Shown: piece by piece, positions 9,624 through 18,533 of the stretch
Numbering within the stretch: position 1 is the stretch's first letter
Layout: each line of letters begins with the position of its first letter
DNA from: a virus
DNA: 64,000 nt
Reading direction: 5' to 3' (one strand)
Virus record (IMG/VR): IMGVR_UViG_3300009124_000007
Location: 12,967 to 76,966 of that record
The notes under the pieces: generated by a model
Databases searched by the model: none
Told to the model about the DNA's origin: nothing
The model's input: only the letters and a program-made list of their open reading frames with translations
Program-made: the position numbers and the translations under genes

Positions 9624-10282
9624 GTATGACCGTCCTTACCCGAGACACTGTTGACATTCTTCAAAACTTTGCCACGATCAACAATTCTATTGTGATCAAA
9701 CCTGGCAATACTATCGGGACTCTTAGCGTCAATAAGAATATTCTTGCTTCGGCAGATGTTCCTGAGGAGTTTGAACGTCAAATCTCTATTTACGATTTGG
9801 GTTCGTTTATTGCAGGAACTAAATTCTTTGACACTCCCAAACTCGTCACTGACAATGATAACTATGTGACAATCACCGAGCAGGCAAATACCAGGAAGCG
9901 AGCAAAGTTCTACTATGCTGACCCTGATATTATTGTTCAACCACCCGAAAAAAACATTCAACTTCCTTCTATTGATGTTGAATTTGATCTGTCTGGTAAT
10001 GATCTGAAGCAACTTCTTGCTGCTGCAGCAACTTACCGTGTACCTGATCTCTGTGTGTATGGTGATGGTGAGTCTATCAGTCTTTGCATCACCGATAAGA
10101 AGAATGATACTTCCAACACATATTCTGTGGAAGTCGGTGAGACCGACAAAGAGTTTTGCTACTGCTTCAAAGTGGAGAACCTCCGAGTCGTCAATCGTAA
10201 CTACACTGTCAGTATCAGCAATGCTAACGTTGCATATTTTGATGGTGGCAACATTCGTTACTGGATTGCACTTGAACCATGA
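9620..10282 (+). CDS. gp45: sliding clamp
   Basis: LQNFATINNSI...IYDLGSF...YWIALEP. Confidence 0.95.
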   Translation: MSMTVLTRDTVDILQNFATINNSIVIKPGNTIGTLSVNKNILASADVPEEFERQISIYDLGSFIAGTKFFDTPKLVTDNDNYVTITEQANTRKRAKFYYADPDIIVQPPEKNIQLPSIDVEFDLSGNDLKQLLAAAATYRVPDLCVYGDGESISLCITDKKNDTSNTYSVEVGETDKEFCYCFKVENLRVVNRNYTVSISNANVAYFDGGNIRYWIALEP

Positions 10283-10821
10283 ATCAATATGAATTCTATG
10301 GTTGTGATGAACTACCAGGAATTCTAGATCAGAAGGAGTGTATCTTTCTAAAACGTGAACTGGATACTGAGTTTGCAACTCGTCCAGTTCATTTCGATGA
10401 GGGCAGAGGATTGGTCAAGATGATCTATCGACCAAAACCTGCCCTCTTTGTATTTGAGAGACTTCACTATTTTCTAGAAAGGTATCTCAATACAAAACTC
10501 TATCCAACGTATTGGTTCACCACACAATACTATAACAAGTCTTATATGGCAGCACATACGGATAGGGAAGCATGTGAAGTGTCCGTCAGTCTGAATGTAC
10601 ACCAGGATAATCCCTGGCATCTAAAGGTAAAAGATAAGACAGGAAAGAAACATTCGCTTGCCACTCCACCAGGAGATGCTGTATTATACAATGGTATAGA
10701 GTGTGAGCATTGGAGAACTCCTTACTCAGGTCAAAACTACACCCAACTATTTTTACATTATGTCAAACAAAGTGGAAAGTACTCAAGATACAGATACGAC
10801 TCTAACTGTGAGGGAGTTTGA
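10279..10821 (+). CDS. 2OG-Fe(II) oxygenase
   Basis: HTDREACEVSVSL, PGDAVLYNG, EHWR, QLFLHYV. Confidence 0.85.
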   Translation: MNQYEFYGCDELPGILDQKECIFLKRELDTEFATRPVHFDEGRGLVKMIYRPKPALFVFERLHYFLERYLNTKLYPTYWFTTQYYNKSYMAAHTDREACEVSVSLNVHQDNPWHLKVKDKTGKKHSLATPPGDAVLYNGIECEHWRTPYSGQNYTQLFLHYVKQSGKYSRYRYDSNCEGV

Positions 10822-11314
10822 TTACGTCAAACGTGACTGTGGATCCTGCAATGAATGCTGTAAGGGTTATCTCTACGGTGATGCACATGGCGTTCCATTC
10901 TATCCTGATAATCCCTGTCATTATCTTGACATGAAGTCACCCTGTGGTGGGTGTACAATCTACAACGATCGTCCTGCTATTTGTAGAGACTTCAAGTGCT
11001 GGTGGTTGATGAGTCAACAAGTTCCTAACTGGATGAAACCAGAACTTTCTAAGGTCATCGTATACACTCGTGAGTTCACCGATGTGGATGGTGAATACTT
11101 GGAAGAAGGTGAGACTATTCAGTGGGTTTCTATGGTAGAATGTGGTCAAAAGGTAGACTCGATTGTTCTGTCTTGGGTCATCCAGCAGGCACAACGCACT
11201 CAGTCTAACCTTCATTATCAGGTGAACAAGCAAGACCATTATCTTGGTTCTGCTCAGTTCCATCAATTTGTCAGCGATTCAAGTGGTTTCCAATTCAAGC
11301 GAAATGAAAAATGA
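10808..11314 (+). CDS. YkgJ-like CxxCxxCC Fe-S/Zn cluster protein
   Basis: CGSCNECC...PCHYL...GCTIYNDRPAICRDFKC; GTG start inferred. Confidence 0.75.
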   Translation: MREFDYVKRDCGSCNECCKGYLYGDAHGVPFYPDNPCHYLDMKSPCGGCTIYNDRPAICRDFKCWWLMSQQVPNWMKPELSKVIVYTREFTDVDGEYLEEGETIQWVSMVECGQKVDSIVLSWVIQQAQRTQSNLHYQVNKQDHYLGSAQFHQFVSDSSGFQFKRNEK

Positions 11315-12248
11315 TTTTCTGTGGGTAGAGAAGTATCGCCCTCAAACTGTGGAGGAGTGCATCCTCCCAGAAGAGACGAAAGAGATCTTTCAGGGATTTG
11401 TAGAACAGGGTGAGATCCCTAACCTGCTCCTGTCTGGTTCTGCTGGTGTTGGTAAGACCACCATTGCTAAGGCACTCTGCCGTCAACTTGGCGTGGACTG
11501 TATGGTCATCAACGGATCCGACGAGGGTCGTTTCTTGGACACTGTGAGGAACCAGGCAAAGACCTTCGCAAGCACCGTCTCTCTGACCTCTAGCGCCCGC
11601 CATAAGGTCCTTATCATCGATGAGGCAGACAACACCACCCCAGACGTGCAACTGCTCCTGAGGGCGTCTATTGAGGAGTTCCAGAAGAACTGTAGGTTTA
11701 TTTTCACCTGCAACTTCAAGAACAAGATTATCGAACCTCTGCACTCTCGTACCACTGTTGTTGACTTCAACATCAATGGTAAGACAAAGCAGCAACTCTG
11801 TGCCAGTTTCATGAAACGCTGCCAGCATATTCTCGATGAGAATGAGATCGAGTATTCACCTAAGGTTGTGGCAGAACTGATCATGAAGTTCTTCCCCGAT
11901 TTCCGTCGCACTCTGAATGAACTGCAGCGGTATTCAACCACTGGAAAGATTGACACTGGTATCATGGCAGTGTGTTCAGATGCTACCTATGATGCACTTG
12001 TGAAGTCCATGAAGGACAAGAAGTTCACTGATGTGAAGAAGTGGGTTGAGCAGAATCTAGATAACTCTCCTGCTATGATTATGCGTGGAATTTACGATCG
12101 CATGTATAATGTTATGCAGAAGCAGAGCATTGCTGCTGCTGTTTTGATCATTGCTGAGTATCAGTACAAATCTGCTTTTGTTGCAGACCAAGAAATCAAC
12201 CTGCTTGCCTGTTTGACCCAACTTATGATGGAGTGTGAATTCGTATGA
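11304..12248 (+). CDS. gp44: clamp loader large subunit
   Basis: LWVEKYRP, GSAGVGKTT, IIDEAD, PLHSR. Confidence 0.96.
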   Translation: MKNDFLWVEKYRPQTVEECILPEETKEIFQGFVEQGEIPNLLLSGSAGVGKTTIAKALCRQLGVDCMVINGSDEGRFLDTVRNQAKTFASTVSLTSSARHKVLIIDEADNTTPDVQLLLRASIEEFQKNCRFIFTCNFKNKIIEPLHSRTTVVDFNINGKTKQQLCASFMKRCQHILDENEIEYSPKVVAELIMKFFPDFRRTLNELQRYSTTGKIDTGIMAVCSDATYDALVKSMKDKKFTDVKKWVEQNLDNSPAMIMRGIYDRMYNVMQKQSIAAAVLIIAEYQYKSAFVADQEINLLACLTQLMMECEFV

Positions 12249-13081
12249 ACCTAAAAACCCCTCTTCGCTATCCTGGTGGTAAATCTCGTGCCACTAAAAA
12301 ACTCGCACAGTTTCTGCCTGACATGAGTCAGGTTCGTGAGTTCCGTGAACCCTTCCTGGGAGGTGGTTCTGTGGCACTCTACATGACTCAGATGTACCCA
12401 CATATGTCTGTATGGGTCAATGACCTGTATGAACCTTTAGTGAACTTCTGGAAGGTCTTGCAGACCGATGGTAAGAAGATGCGCGATGAACTCGTTCAAC
12501 TCAAGAATCGCCATCCAGATCCTGCATCAGCGAAGGTTTTGTTTCTAGAGGCAAAAGAATATCTACAGCATTCTATCAAGAAGACTGAACCTTTTCATCG
12601 TGCTGTTAGTTTCTATGTGGTGAACAAGTGTTCGTTCTCTGGTCTCACTGAGTCTTCTTCTTTCTCGAATGCAGCATCAGATTCCAACTTCTCGATGCGT
12701 GGCATTGATAAACTGCCCGAATACCAGATGCTGATTCGTAACTGGAAAATCACAAATCATTCTTACACTCAGGTGCTGGGTAATGGGGAAGACATCTTCA
12801 TCTATCTCGATCCCCCATACGATATCAAAGACAATCTGTATGGTAATAAAGGTAATATGCACGCTACATTCAATCACGATACCTTTGCAAAGGATTGTGA
12901 GAATCATGCAGAACGAGTCAAGATGATGGTCTCATACAACTCCAGTCAATTGATTCGAGATCGATTCATGAACTGGCATCCTTATGAGTTTGACCATACC
13001 TATACCATGCGATCTGTTGGTGATTACATGGCAGAGCAACAAGAACGTAAAGAATTGGTACTAATCAACTATGGCATTTGA
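12245..13081 (+). CDS. dam: DNA adenine methyltransferase (Dam/D12 class)
   Basis: LRYPGGKS, EPFLGGGSV, YLDPPY. Confidence 0.92.
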   Translation: MNLKTPLRYPGGKSRATKKLAQFLPDMSQVREFREPFLGGGSVALYMTQMYPHMSVWVNDLYEPLVNFWKVLQTDGKKMRDELVQLKNRHPDPASAKVLFLEAKEYLQHSIKKTEPFHRAVSFYVVNKCSFSGLTESSSFSNAASDSNFSMRGIDKLPEYQMLIRNWKITNHSYTQVLGNGEDIFIYLDPPYDIKDNLYGNKGNMHATFNHDTFAKDCENHAERVKMMVSYNSSQLIRDRFMNWHPYEFDHTYTMRSVGDYMAEQQERKELVLINYGI

Positions 13082-13472
13082 CGAGAACTATCCCCTCAAA
13101 GATTATCTGAACAGTATCAATAAGACTAAGAAGAATCTGCTGAGGGATGGTGATCCTATGTGGGAAAAGAAGTATCCTGCATTCATTGTCAACAAATGTA
13201 TGTCTCATCACTTGGATACGATCATGTATGCCAATGAGATGAATCAGTATTCCGATCTAGATAATCTCTTGCAGTATGACTTTTTTATAAATACTGTGAG
13301 ACCACGGCAGAGATTTTCTCCGTGGGGTAAGAAGGAAAAAGTACAAGACCTCGATATTGTCAAACAGTATTATGGTTATAGTAATGAGAAGGCATTAGAT
13401 GCTCTTCGCATTTTGACTTCTGACCAACTTGAATACATTAGATGTAAACTGAATACTGGTGGTAAAAGATGA
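13071..13472 (+). CDS. gp62: clamp loader small subunit
   Basis: LKDYLNSIN...YPAFIVNKCMS...YYGYSNEKA. Confidence 0.93.
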   Translation: MAFDENYPLKDYLNSINKTKKNLLRDGDPMWEKKYPAFIVNKCMSHHLDTIMYANEMNQYSDLDNLLQYDFFINTVRPRQRFSPWGKKEKVQDLDIVKQYYGYSNEKALDALRILTSDQLEYIRCKLNTGGKR

Positions 13473-13897
13473 TCGAGAACGAAGTACAGTGGGATAAAAA
13501 CAGCATGATTGAAGTTACTCTGGGGGAACCAGATGACTTCTTGAAAGTGAGAGAAACTCTCACTCGTATTGGCGTAGCATCTCGCAAAGAGAAAAAACTA
13601 TACCAGTCTTGTCATATTCTTCACAAGAAAGGACAATACTACATTGTTCATTTCAAAGAATTATTCGCCCTAGACGGTAAGACTTCTAACATTACCAGTA
13701 ATGATCTGCAACGCAGAAATAGAATCATTCAACTTCTGTCCGACTGGGGTCTCGTGAGCATTGTGTCTTCAGACTCAATTCTCGATATGGCACCTTTGAG
13801 TCAAATCAAAGTTATTTCTTATAAAGATAAAGGTGAGTGGCAACTTGAGTCGAAGTACAACATCGGCAAAAAGAAGCAACCCACTGAACAGACATGA
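13469..13897 (+). CDS. regA: translational repressor RegA
   Basis: DDFLKVRETLTRIGVAS...LYQSCHILHK...YIVHFKELFALDG. Confidence 0.97.
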   Translation: MIENEVQWDKNSMIEVTLGEPDDFLKVRETLTRIGVASRKEKKLYQSCHILHKKGQYYIVHFKELFALDGKTSNITSNDLQRRNRIIQLLSDWGLVSIVSSDSILDMAPLSQIKVISYKDKGEWQLESKYNIGKKKQPTEQT

Positions 13898-14172
13898 CGG
13901 AAACAACAAAAGAAACGAAAGCAGTAAAAAGAGATAAGGTTGATTGGCATGACGAGGGAGTTGCAACTCTAGTGAGAGTTATTATTCTCTCTTGGTCAGC
14001 ATTTATTCTCACACTAAACTATGTTACCATCCCAGGTTGGCAACAAAGACAAATTGATCCCACTTTCATTGCCAGCGTCTTTACTGGGACGTTAGCTACT
14101 TTCGGGGTTCAGACAGCAAAGAAGAAAGAAGAAGAAAAGAAAGAGGAAAAGAAAGAAACTAAAGTAGAATAA
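13894..14172 (+). CDS. small two-TM membrane protein
   Basis: Hydrophobic segments with IDPTFIASVFTGTLATFGV. Confidence 0.7.
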   Translation: MTETTKETKAVKRDKVDWHDEGVATLVRVIILSWSAFILTLNYVTIPGWQQRQIDPTFIASVFTGTLATFGVQTAKKKEEEKKEEKKETKVE

Positions 14173-14174
14173 TT

Positions 14175-14981
14175 ATGGAAATACAGGAACTGGGTATTAG
14201 CACACCTAATATCAAAGGGGTTGAAATACCTGTCATTGATGCAACAATTCCAGTTCCTAGAACAGATATTTTTATTGGACCACCAGTAGTGGTCAACATC
14301 GGACTTCCCATTGTTGACGTTCCAGGTTGTGTGGAAGCACACGAAACTAATAATGCCAAGAATAATCAGATCAAAACAGATGACCAGAGAGGCACATATG
14401 TAGTCTGTGATGGTGGTATTCCTAGTTACAATCCAATCAATTTTGAACCTGAGCAGATAATCCCTACTGCTCCTGCTGGTGTTGATACTAGAGAAAAAGA
14501 GAACCCAAAACCACCAGGGCAGGTAGAACTACCTCAGGCAGCACCACCTGCTACTGCTAAGGTAGATTGCCCTACGGCAGCACAGCAATCAAAGGAACCT
14601 GTCGGAACATATGTAGAGGGTTTCCGAAAGAAGGTTGTTGAATATAAACTAATAGGCAACGAGTGTGTCCAGATAACAGAAGCAGTCCCACTACCTCAAC
14701 AGATAGTAGCAGGACTGCCTAGTGGTGGTCAGGTTGTTCAGGTGGGTGGTGTTGCTGTGATTGCTACTGCATCAGCACTGCTAGCAAAACCGTTGGCAGA
14801 CATCCTACTAAAGGCAGTCAAACCAACGGTCAAGAAAGTGATGAAGAAGATTGCTACGATCAGGAAGAAACCTATTCCCGTCCTGTCGTCAGGGGAGCGC
14901 CGAGCAGAGCAGCGTCAGATGAACCACGCTGTTCGGGAGTTGCGTTCTGTGTTCCCGAGGAAGAAGAAACGGAAGGGATAG
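14175..14981 (+). CDS. conserved Pro-rich hypothetical protein with C-terminal TM and basic tail
   Basis: 268-aa ORF with Cys pairs and a GGVAVIATASALLA segment. Confidence 0.75.
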   Translation: MEIQELGISTPNIKGVEIPVIDATIPVPRTDIFIGPPVVVNIGLPIVDVPGCVEAHETNNAKNNQIKTDDQRGTYVVCDGGIPSYNPINFEPEQIIPTAPAGVDTREKENPKPPGQVELPQAAPPATAKVDCPTAAQQSKEPVGTYVEGFRKKVVEYKLIGNECVQITEAVPLPQQIVAGLPSGGQVVQVGGVAVIATASALLAKPLADILLKAVKPTVKKVMKKIATIRKKPIPVLSSGERRAEQRQMNHAVRELRSVFPRKKKRKG

Positions 14982-15762
14982 TGTGACGGTGTGGTTTGAC
15001 AGCATTCACGTTATTCACTACAACATCAGCACAGATTTTATAGTAAGGACTACGTGGGTGGAATTGGATTCCTTTGAGCATCAAATCACCACAATTCTTG
15101 AGACGGGCAATCTCAAAATCTAATCTCTTGTTAGCAACTAACTGAGAGTTCAATTCAATTTGAGTTTGTGCTGCTTTCTTACATAGATCCTGCAACTTCT
15201 TATCGGTAGGTGTGCTCCATGTCATAGAGAATCCCAGACCTAAGTTGTAGTTATCTTTCTGTCCTGTTCTTACAGGAACACGATAAAGCACAGACCCAGG
15301 ATTATCAGGAGCACCATCCTCATCGAGATCCCGCATATCGTACACAGGATCATAATAATATGGCTCGTATGGTTTGGTAGCAGATGCACTTCCAGTTACA
15401 TATGGTGTGAAATTTCTGGTAGGTCCCTGACACTGGATTCCTCCACCGTAGGTGTTGGTGATGTATGGACCCTGTAAGACTTGGATTGCTTGGTTCGTGA
15501 CTGAACCAGAGGAATTAGCAACAGGAGCAGCAGTAGCACTAACACCGCCCACCTCTGCGGAGGCTCCATTTCCATAACAAAATGCTCCTAATGTAATTAT
15601 TGTGAGAAGATACTTGTAGTGTCTGTGACGCTTGTTACTTCTGTTGTTCTTTGTATAATTGTTTGGTTGCTGAGACCAGGACCCTGATACGTTTCTGTGA
15701 ACTGAAACGCTGCTCCTGGTGTTGTCTGTGTGAAGGTTGGTTTGCTGTTGATTCCTGTCCAT
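14872..15762 (-). CDS. putative exported protein (start uncertain)
   Basis: Signal-like KYLLTIITLGAFCYGNGASA; ANSSGSVTNQAIQV; RLDFEIARLKNCG. Confidence 0.7.
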   Translation of the reverse strand: MDRNQQQTNLHTDNTRSSVSVHRNVSGSWSQQPNNYTKNNRSNKRHRHYKYLLTIITLGAFCYGNGASAEVGGVSATAAPVANSSGSVTNQAIQVLQGPYITNTYGGGIQCQGPTRNFTPYVTGSASATKPYEPYYYDPVYDMRDLDEDGAPDNPGSVLYRVPVRTGQKDNYNLGLGFSMTWSTPTDKKLQDLCKKAAQTQIELNSQLVANKRLDFEIARLKNCGDLMLKGIQFHPRSPYYKICADVVVNNVNAVKPHRHTIPSVSSSSGTQNATPEQRGSSDAALLGAPLTTGRE

Positions 15763-16031
15763 GTCGAAGTCACGCCATCTATAGTTACATTGTTTGTTCC
15801 AGTGCCAGGAGATAAATTACCTGAGGCACTTACACCACTCCCAGTTACAGAGTATTGATACCCTGTGTTATAGTCCATCGAGTTGATGGTTTCCGTTATT
15901 TTTTGTGTTGTCTCTGTGTGACTGGTCATCGACCCCTGTGTGAAGTTTGGGACCACGGGGACCCCCAGGGCAGCAGCAGGTATGGCAAATACACCCGCCA
16001 CACTTAGGACACACCAACGAATCATATTCAT
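15597..16031 (-). CDS. putative exported beta-rich protein
   Basis: Signal peptide followed by VPVVPNFTQGSM; Thr/Ser/Gly-rich. Confidence 0.75.
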   Translation of the reverse strand: MNMIRWCVLSVAGVFAIPAAALGVPVVPNFTQGSMTSHTETTQKITETINSMDYNTGYQYSVTGSGVSASGNLSPGTGTNNVTIDGVTSTWTGINSKPTFTQTTPGAAFQFTETYQGPGLSNQTIIQRTTEVTSVTDTTSIFSQ

Positions 16032-16042
16032 TACTATTTACC

Positions 16043-16495
16043 TCAGTCAATGACAGTGATCTCAGTAACGAATTGTCCTGTTGCAGATGAACCAGCACCA
16101 CCAGCAGTCAGCGTGATAGCATGAGTTCTGTCAATCGTACCTGCAAGTGTGCTAGCAGAACCAGCAGCATAAGAGCTAAGGTTACCGAAGTTGGGAACAT
16201 CACCTGTGCTAACAGCAGATGCAGGAACACTATCTGCTGCGTTGTATGTTTCACTCAACGACCAATCTTGACCAGATGTAGTGACAGTGTATGTGCCAGC
16301 ACCAGTGGAAACACCACCCATCGTGCCTGCCGTGATGTTAGAACCAGAAGCAGAATAACTACCACCGATTCTCACTGCAGTAGAGCGAGCAGCATCAACA
16401 GTCAGTTGGACCGAAGAGGCGTGCTTAGTAACAAGACCACCAGCGTATGCAGGGGTTGCCATCAAAATCATTACGATAGGAAGAAGTTTACGCAT
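16043..16495 (-). CDS. putative exported beta-rich protein
   Basis: Signal peptide MRKLLPIVMILMATPAYA; Gly/Ser/Thr/Ala-rich. Confidence 0.78.
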   Translation of the reverse strand: MRKLLPIVMILMATPAYAGGLVTKHASSVQLTVDAARSTAVRIGGSYSASGSNITAGTMGGVSTGAGTYTVTTSGQDWSLSETYNAADSVPASAVSTGDVPNFGNLSSYAAGSASTLAGTIDRTHAITLTAGGAGSSATGQFVTEITVID

Positions 16496-16600
16496 TTTTC
16501 CATCGATTAGAAGTCCTATCTATATGTAGGTCGGGAAAACCTTACAGAGAAATACGGTTGACACCACTCATTTATTTCTAATAAGTTGTGTATATAATAT

Positions 16601-16655
16601 GGTTGCCTTCGGGGACCACACATCAAACTCGCTTATAAAAGGAGCATAACAAATG
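16601..16655 (+). promoter_or_regulatory. structured hsp20 5' leader, ROSE-like RNA thermometer candidate
   Basis: UUCG hairpin followed by CUC-G-CUU/AAG-GAG hairpin covering the SD with a bulged G. Confidence 0.55.
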
Positions 16656-17099
16656 ACTGGACTGCGTAAGTTTGGCACCAAAGATCTTGGTGCGATCATC
16701 GACGCTGCTGAGCGTTATAGCGTCGGACTAGATGACATTTTTTATAGACTACATTCCTATGGAATGGGGTCAGTCAACGAAGCGTATCCCCCTTACAATC
16801 TCGTGAAGGAATCCGAGATCAAGTGGAGGATCGAGATGGCACTTGCTGGCTGGTCGAAGGACGAGATTGAAGTTTCTACAGAATCTAACGTCCTCCTAGT
16901 CAGGTCTAAGGCGGCGAAGTCTAAAGGAGAAGAAGAGTACATGCATCGTGGCGTTGCAACTCGGACTTTCGCCAGAGGATTCAACTTGAGTGATGATGTT
17001 GAGATTGGTGATGTATCTTTCCAAAACGGAATGCTTGTGGTAGAATTGAGGAAGATCATTCCAGATCATCAGAAACTCAAGATTTATGATATTACATGA
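16653..17099 (+). CDS. hsp20: small heat-shock protein
   Basis: YPPYNL...IEMALAGW...YMHRGVATRTFARGFNLSDD...NGML. Confidence 0.95.
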   Translation: MTGLRKFGTKDLGAIIDAAERYSVGLDDIFYRLHSYGMGSVNEAYPPYNLVKESEIKWRIEMALAGWSKDEIEVSTESNVLLVRSKAAKSKGEEEYMHRGVATRTFARGFNLSDDVEIGDVSFQNGMLVVELRKIIPDHQKLKIYDIT

Positions 17100-17500
17100 T
17101 TCTAAAAAAACTTAGATTGAAACAGCGATGGTCTAACAGACCCCGCACTCGTAGAGAGTGGGTAAGATTATATGTTTCATATCTGAAGCGTATTCCAGAG
17201 AGGCAATACTGGCCAATCTTTATTATTCTGTCTCTCTACTTCGTCGTTCCGATGAGTGAGATTACCGTAACACTTGGAGCACTTCTCTATTTCAAATTTG
17301 AAAAGAGAGTTCGACCATCTATTGAAAAACTAACCAGCAGATTGCCCGACTGGTTGCGTTATGGTGGCAGTATCATCTTCTTCCTAGTGATGATTGATGA
17401 CACTTTGTTTTATTTTGGTTTGATGGCTCTGGCATTCTGGAGCAGCAAGCAAGTCCAGAAGGAAGAAAATAATGTTATCTGTGAGGATACAGACACATGA
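17096..17500 (+). CDS. membrane protein
   Basis: Basic N-terminus and several hydrophobic segments. Confidence 0.65.
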   Translation: MILKKLRLKQRWSNRPRTRREWVRLYVSYLKRIPERQYWPIFIILSLYFVVPMSEITVTLGALLYFKFEKRVRPSIEKLTSRLPDWLRYGGSIIFFLVMIDDTLFYFGLMALAFWSSKQVQKEENNVICEDTDT

Positions 17501-17688
17501 AATATCTGAAGGTATTACTTCATCCTATTACTCAATTCAACCTGTTGGTTGTGGGGTTTCTGATTGTAATTCAGGGACTCCACCTTCAAGCCCATTACAG
17601 TATGGATCTTGATGTAGAATCTTATGTGACTGCCTTCTGTAAAAAGAATCTTGAAAAGTGTGAGAGAATTATCTCTAACTTTGATTGA
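17497..17688 (+). CDS. small membrane-anchored hypothetical protein
   Basis: N-terminal TM and C-terminal C-x6-C. Confidence 0.6.
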   Translation: MKYLKVLLHPITQFNLLVVGFLIVIQGLHLQAHYSMDLDVESYVTAFCKKNLEKCERIISNFD

Positions 17689-17704
17689 TATATAGTATAC
17701 AACT

Positions 17705-17733
17705 AAAGAGACTCCCGCTGGGGGTCTCTTTTT
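17705..17733 (+). terminator. intrinsic terminator
   Basis: AAAGAGACTCCC-GCT-GGGGGTCTCTTTTT. Confidence 0.75.
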
Positions 17734-17748
17734 ATTTTGGAGGACATA

Positions 17749-17979
17749 ATGAATGTATTTGTGAACTGTTGTCCCAGTGGTTACAATGGTGAATCAGAAC
17801 TAATCACAGTAGAAGTCCCATCAAAGTTTACTGATGAAATGCTATCTTATGCTAGACTACTGTCTGATGAGTATGGCGTTTCCGAACGTAAAATTGTAAA
17901 GGACATCATCAAAGAATCGGCACTTGAAATTGAAAGGAGGTATTATGAGCGTAAAGATCGCAAGACTAAGAAACGGTGA
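17749..17979 (+). CDS. hypothetical protein
   Basis: GGAGG SD before ATG 17749. Confidence 0.65.
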   Translation: MNVFVNCCPSGYNGESELITVEVPSKFTDEMLSYARLLSDEYGVSERKIVKDIIKESALEIERRYYERKDRKTKKR

Positions 17980-18319
17980 GGATGTCATCTCTGACATTCG
18001 TGAAGTACACTCTTCACCAGAACCAGAAGATGCTAGTGTTCCTATTGCATGGCAGTTGAATTATCCATATTCAATTCAAGTCTTGAGCATTCAGGCAGAT
18101 GACGGTGTTGGTAAGATTCAAAAGATCAGTGAACCTGAGTTGTTCTTTCAACCATGGGCACCACTTGCTTCTAAATCTGACATCATGCTCAGACTGGAAG
18201 AAGTCGTGAGTCTTTATGACCCTCACGATGCAGTAATGGAAAAGTATCAAGAAATTATGGAGGCACAGCAAGATGGACAACGTGAAAGTTCTTCTACTGA
18301 AGAACGGGAATCTGAATGA
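17945..18319 (+). CDS. conserved hypothetical protein upstream of gp43 (possibly Sm-like)
   Basis: MSVKIARLRNGEDVISD; AGGAGG SD. Confidence 0.75.
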   Translation: MSVKIARLRNGEDVISDIREVHSSPEPEDASVPIAWQLNYPYSIQVLSIQADDGVGKIQKISEPELFFQPWAPLASKSDIMLRLEEVVSLYDPHDAVMEKYQEIMEAQQDGQRESSSTEERESE

Positions 18320-18533
18320 TTATCTGATCGGTAGGGTTCAGGAACTAGATGAAGAACCCTCAGTCTTTATTGAGAAGTGTTATCGTATTACTGGCGAAGA
18401 TATGGAACCATATCCTCGTTACAGCAAACAACGCGATCTCTTCTTGACATCCGACTCGATCTTTACTATAGTGGATCCGAACAAAGCAGTGTTAGAACTG
18501 TATTTGGATAAGGAGAAAAGCGAACCTTCATGA
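18273..18533 (+). CDS. conserved hypothetical protein (distant paralogue of the previous ORF)
   Basis: VKVLLLKNG...TIVDP. Confidence 0.7.
   Translation: MDNVKVLLLKNGNLNDYLIGRVQELDEEPSVFIEKCYRITGEDMEPYPRYSKQRDLFLTSDSIFTIVDPNKAVLELYLDKEKSEPS

Noticed and set aside
9617-10378. 253-aa minus-strand ORF opposite gp45, and similar ones opposite cobS, gp44, gp32, 24846-26267 and the last gene
   Set aside because: Fully overlap clear plus-strand genes; avoidance of TTA/TTAA reduces antisense stops and lengthens such shadows
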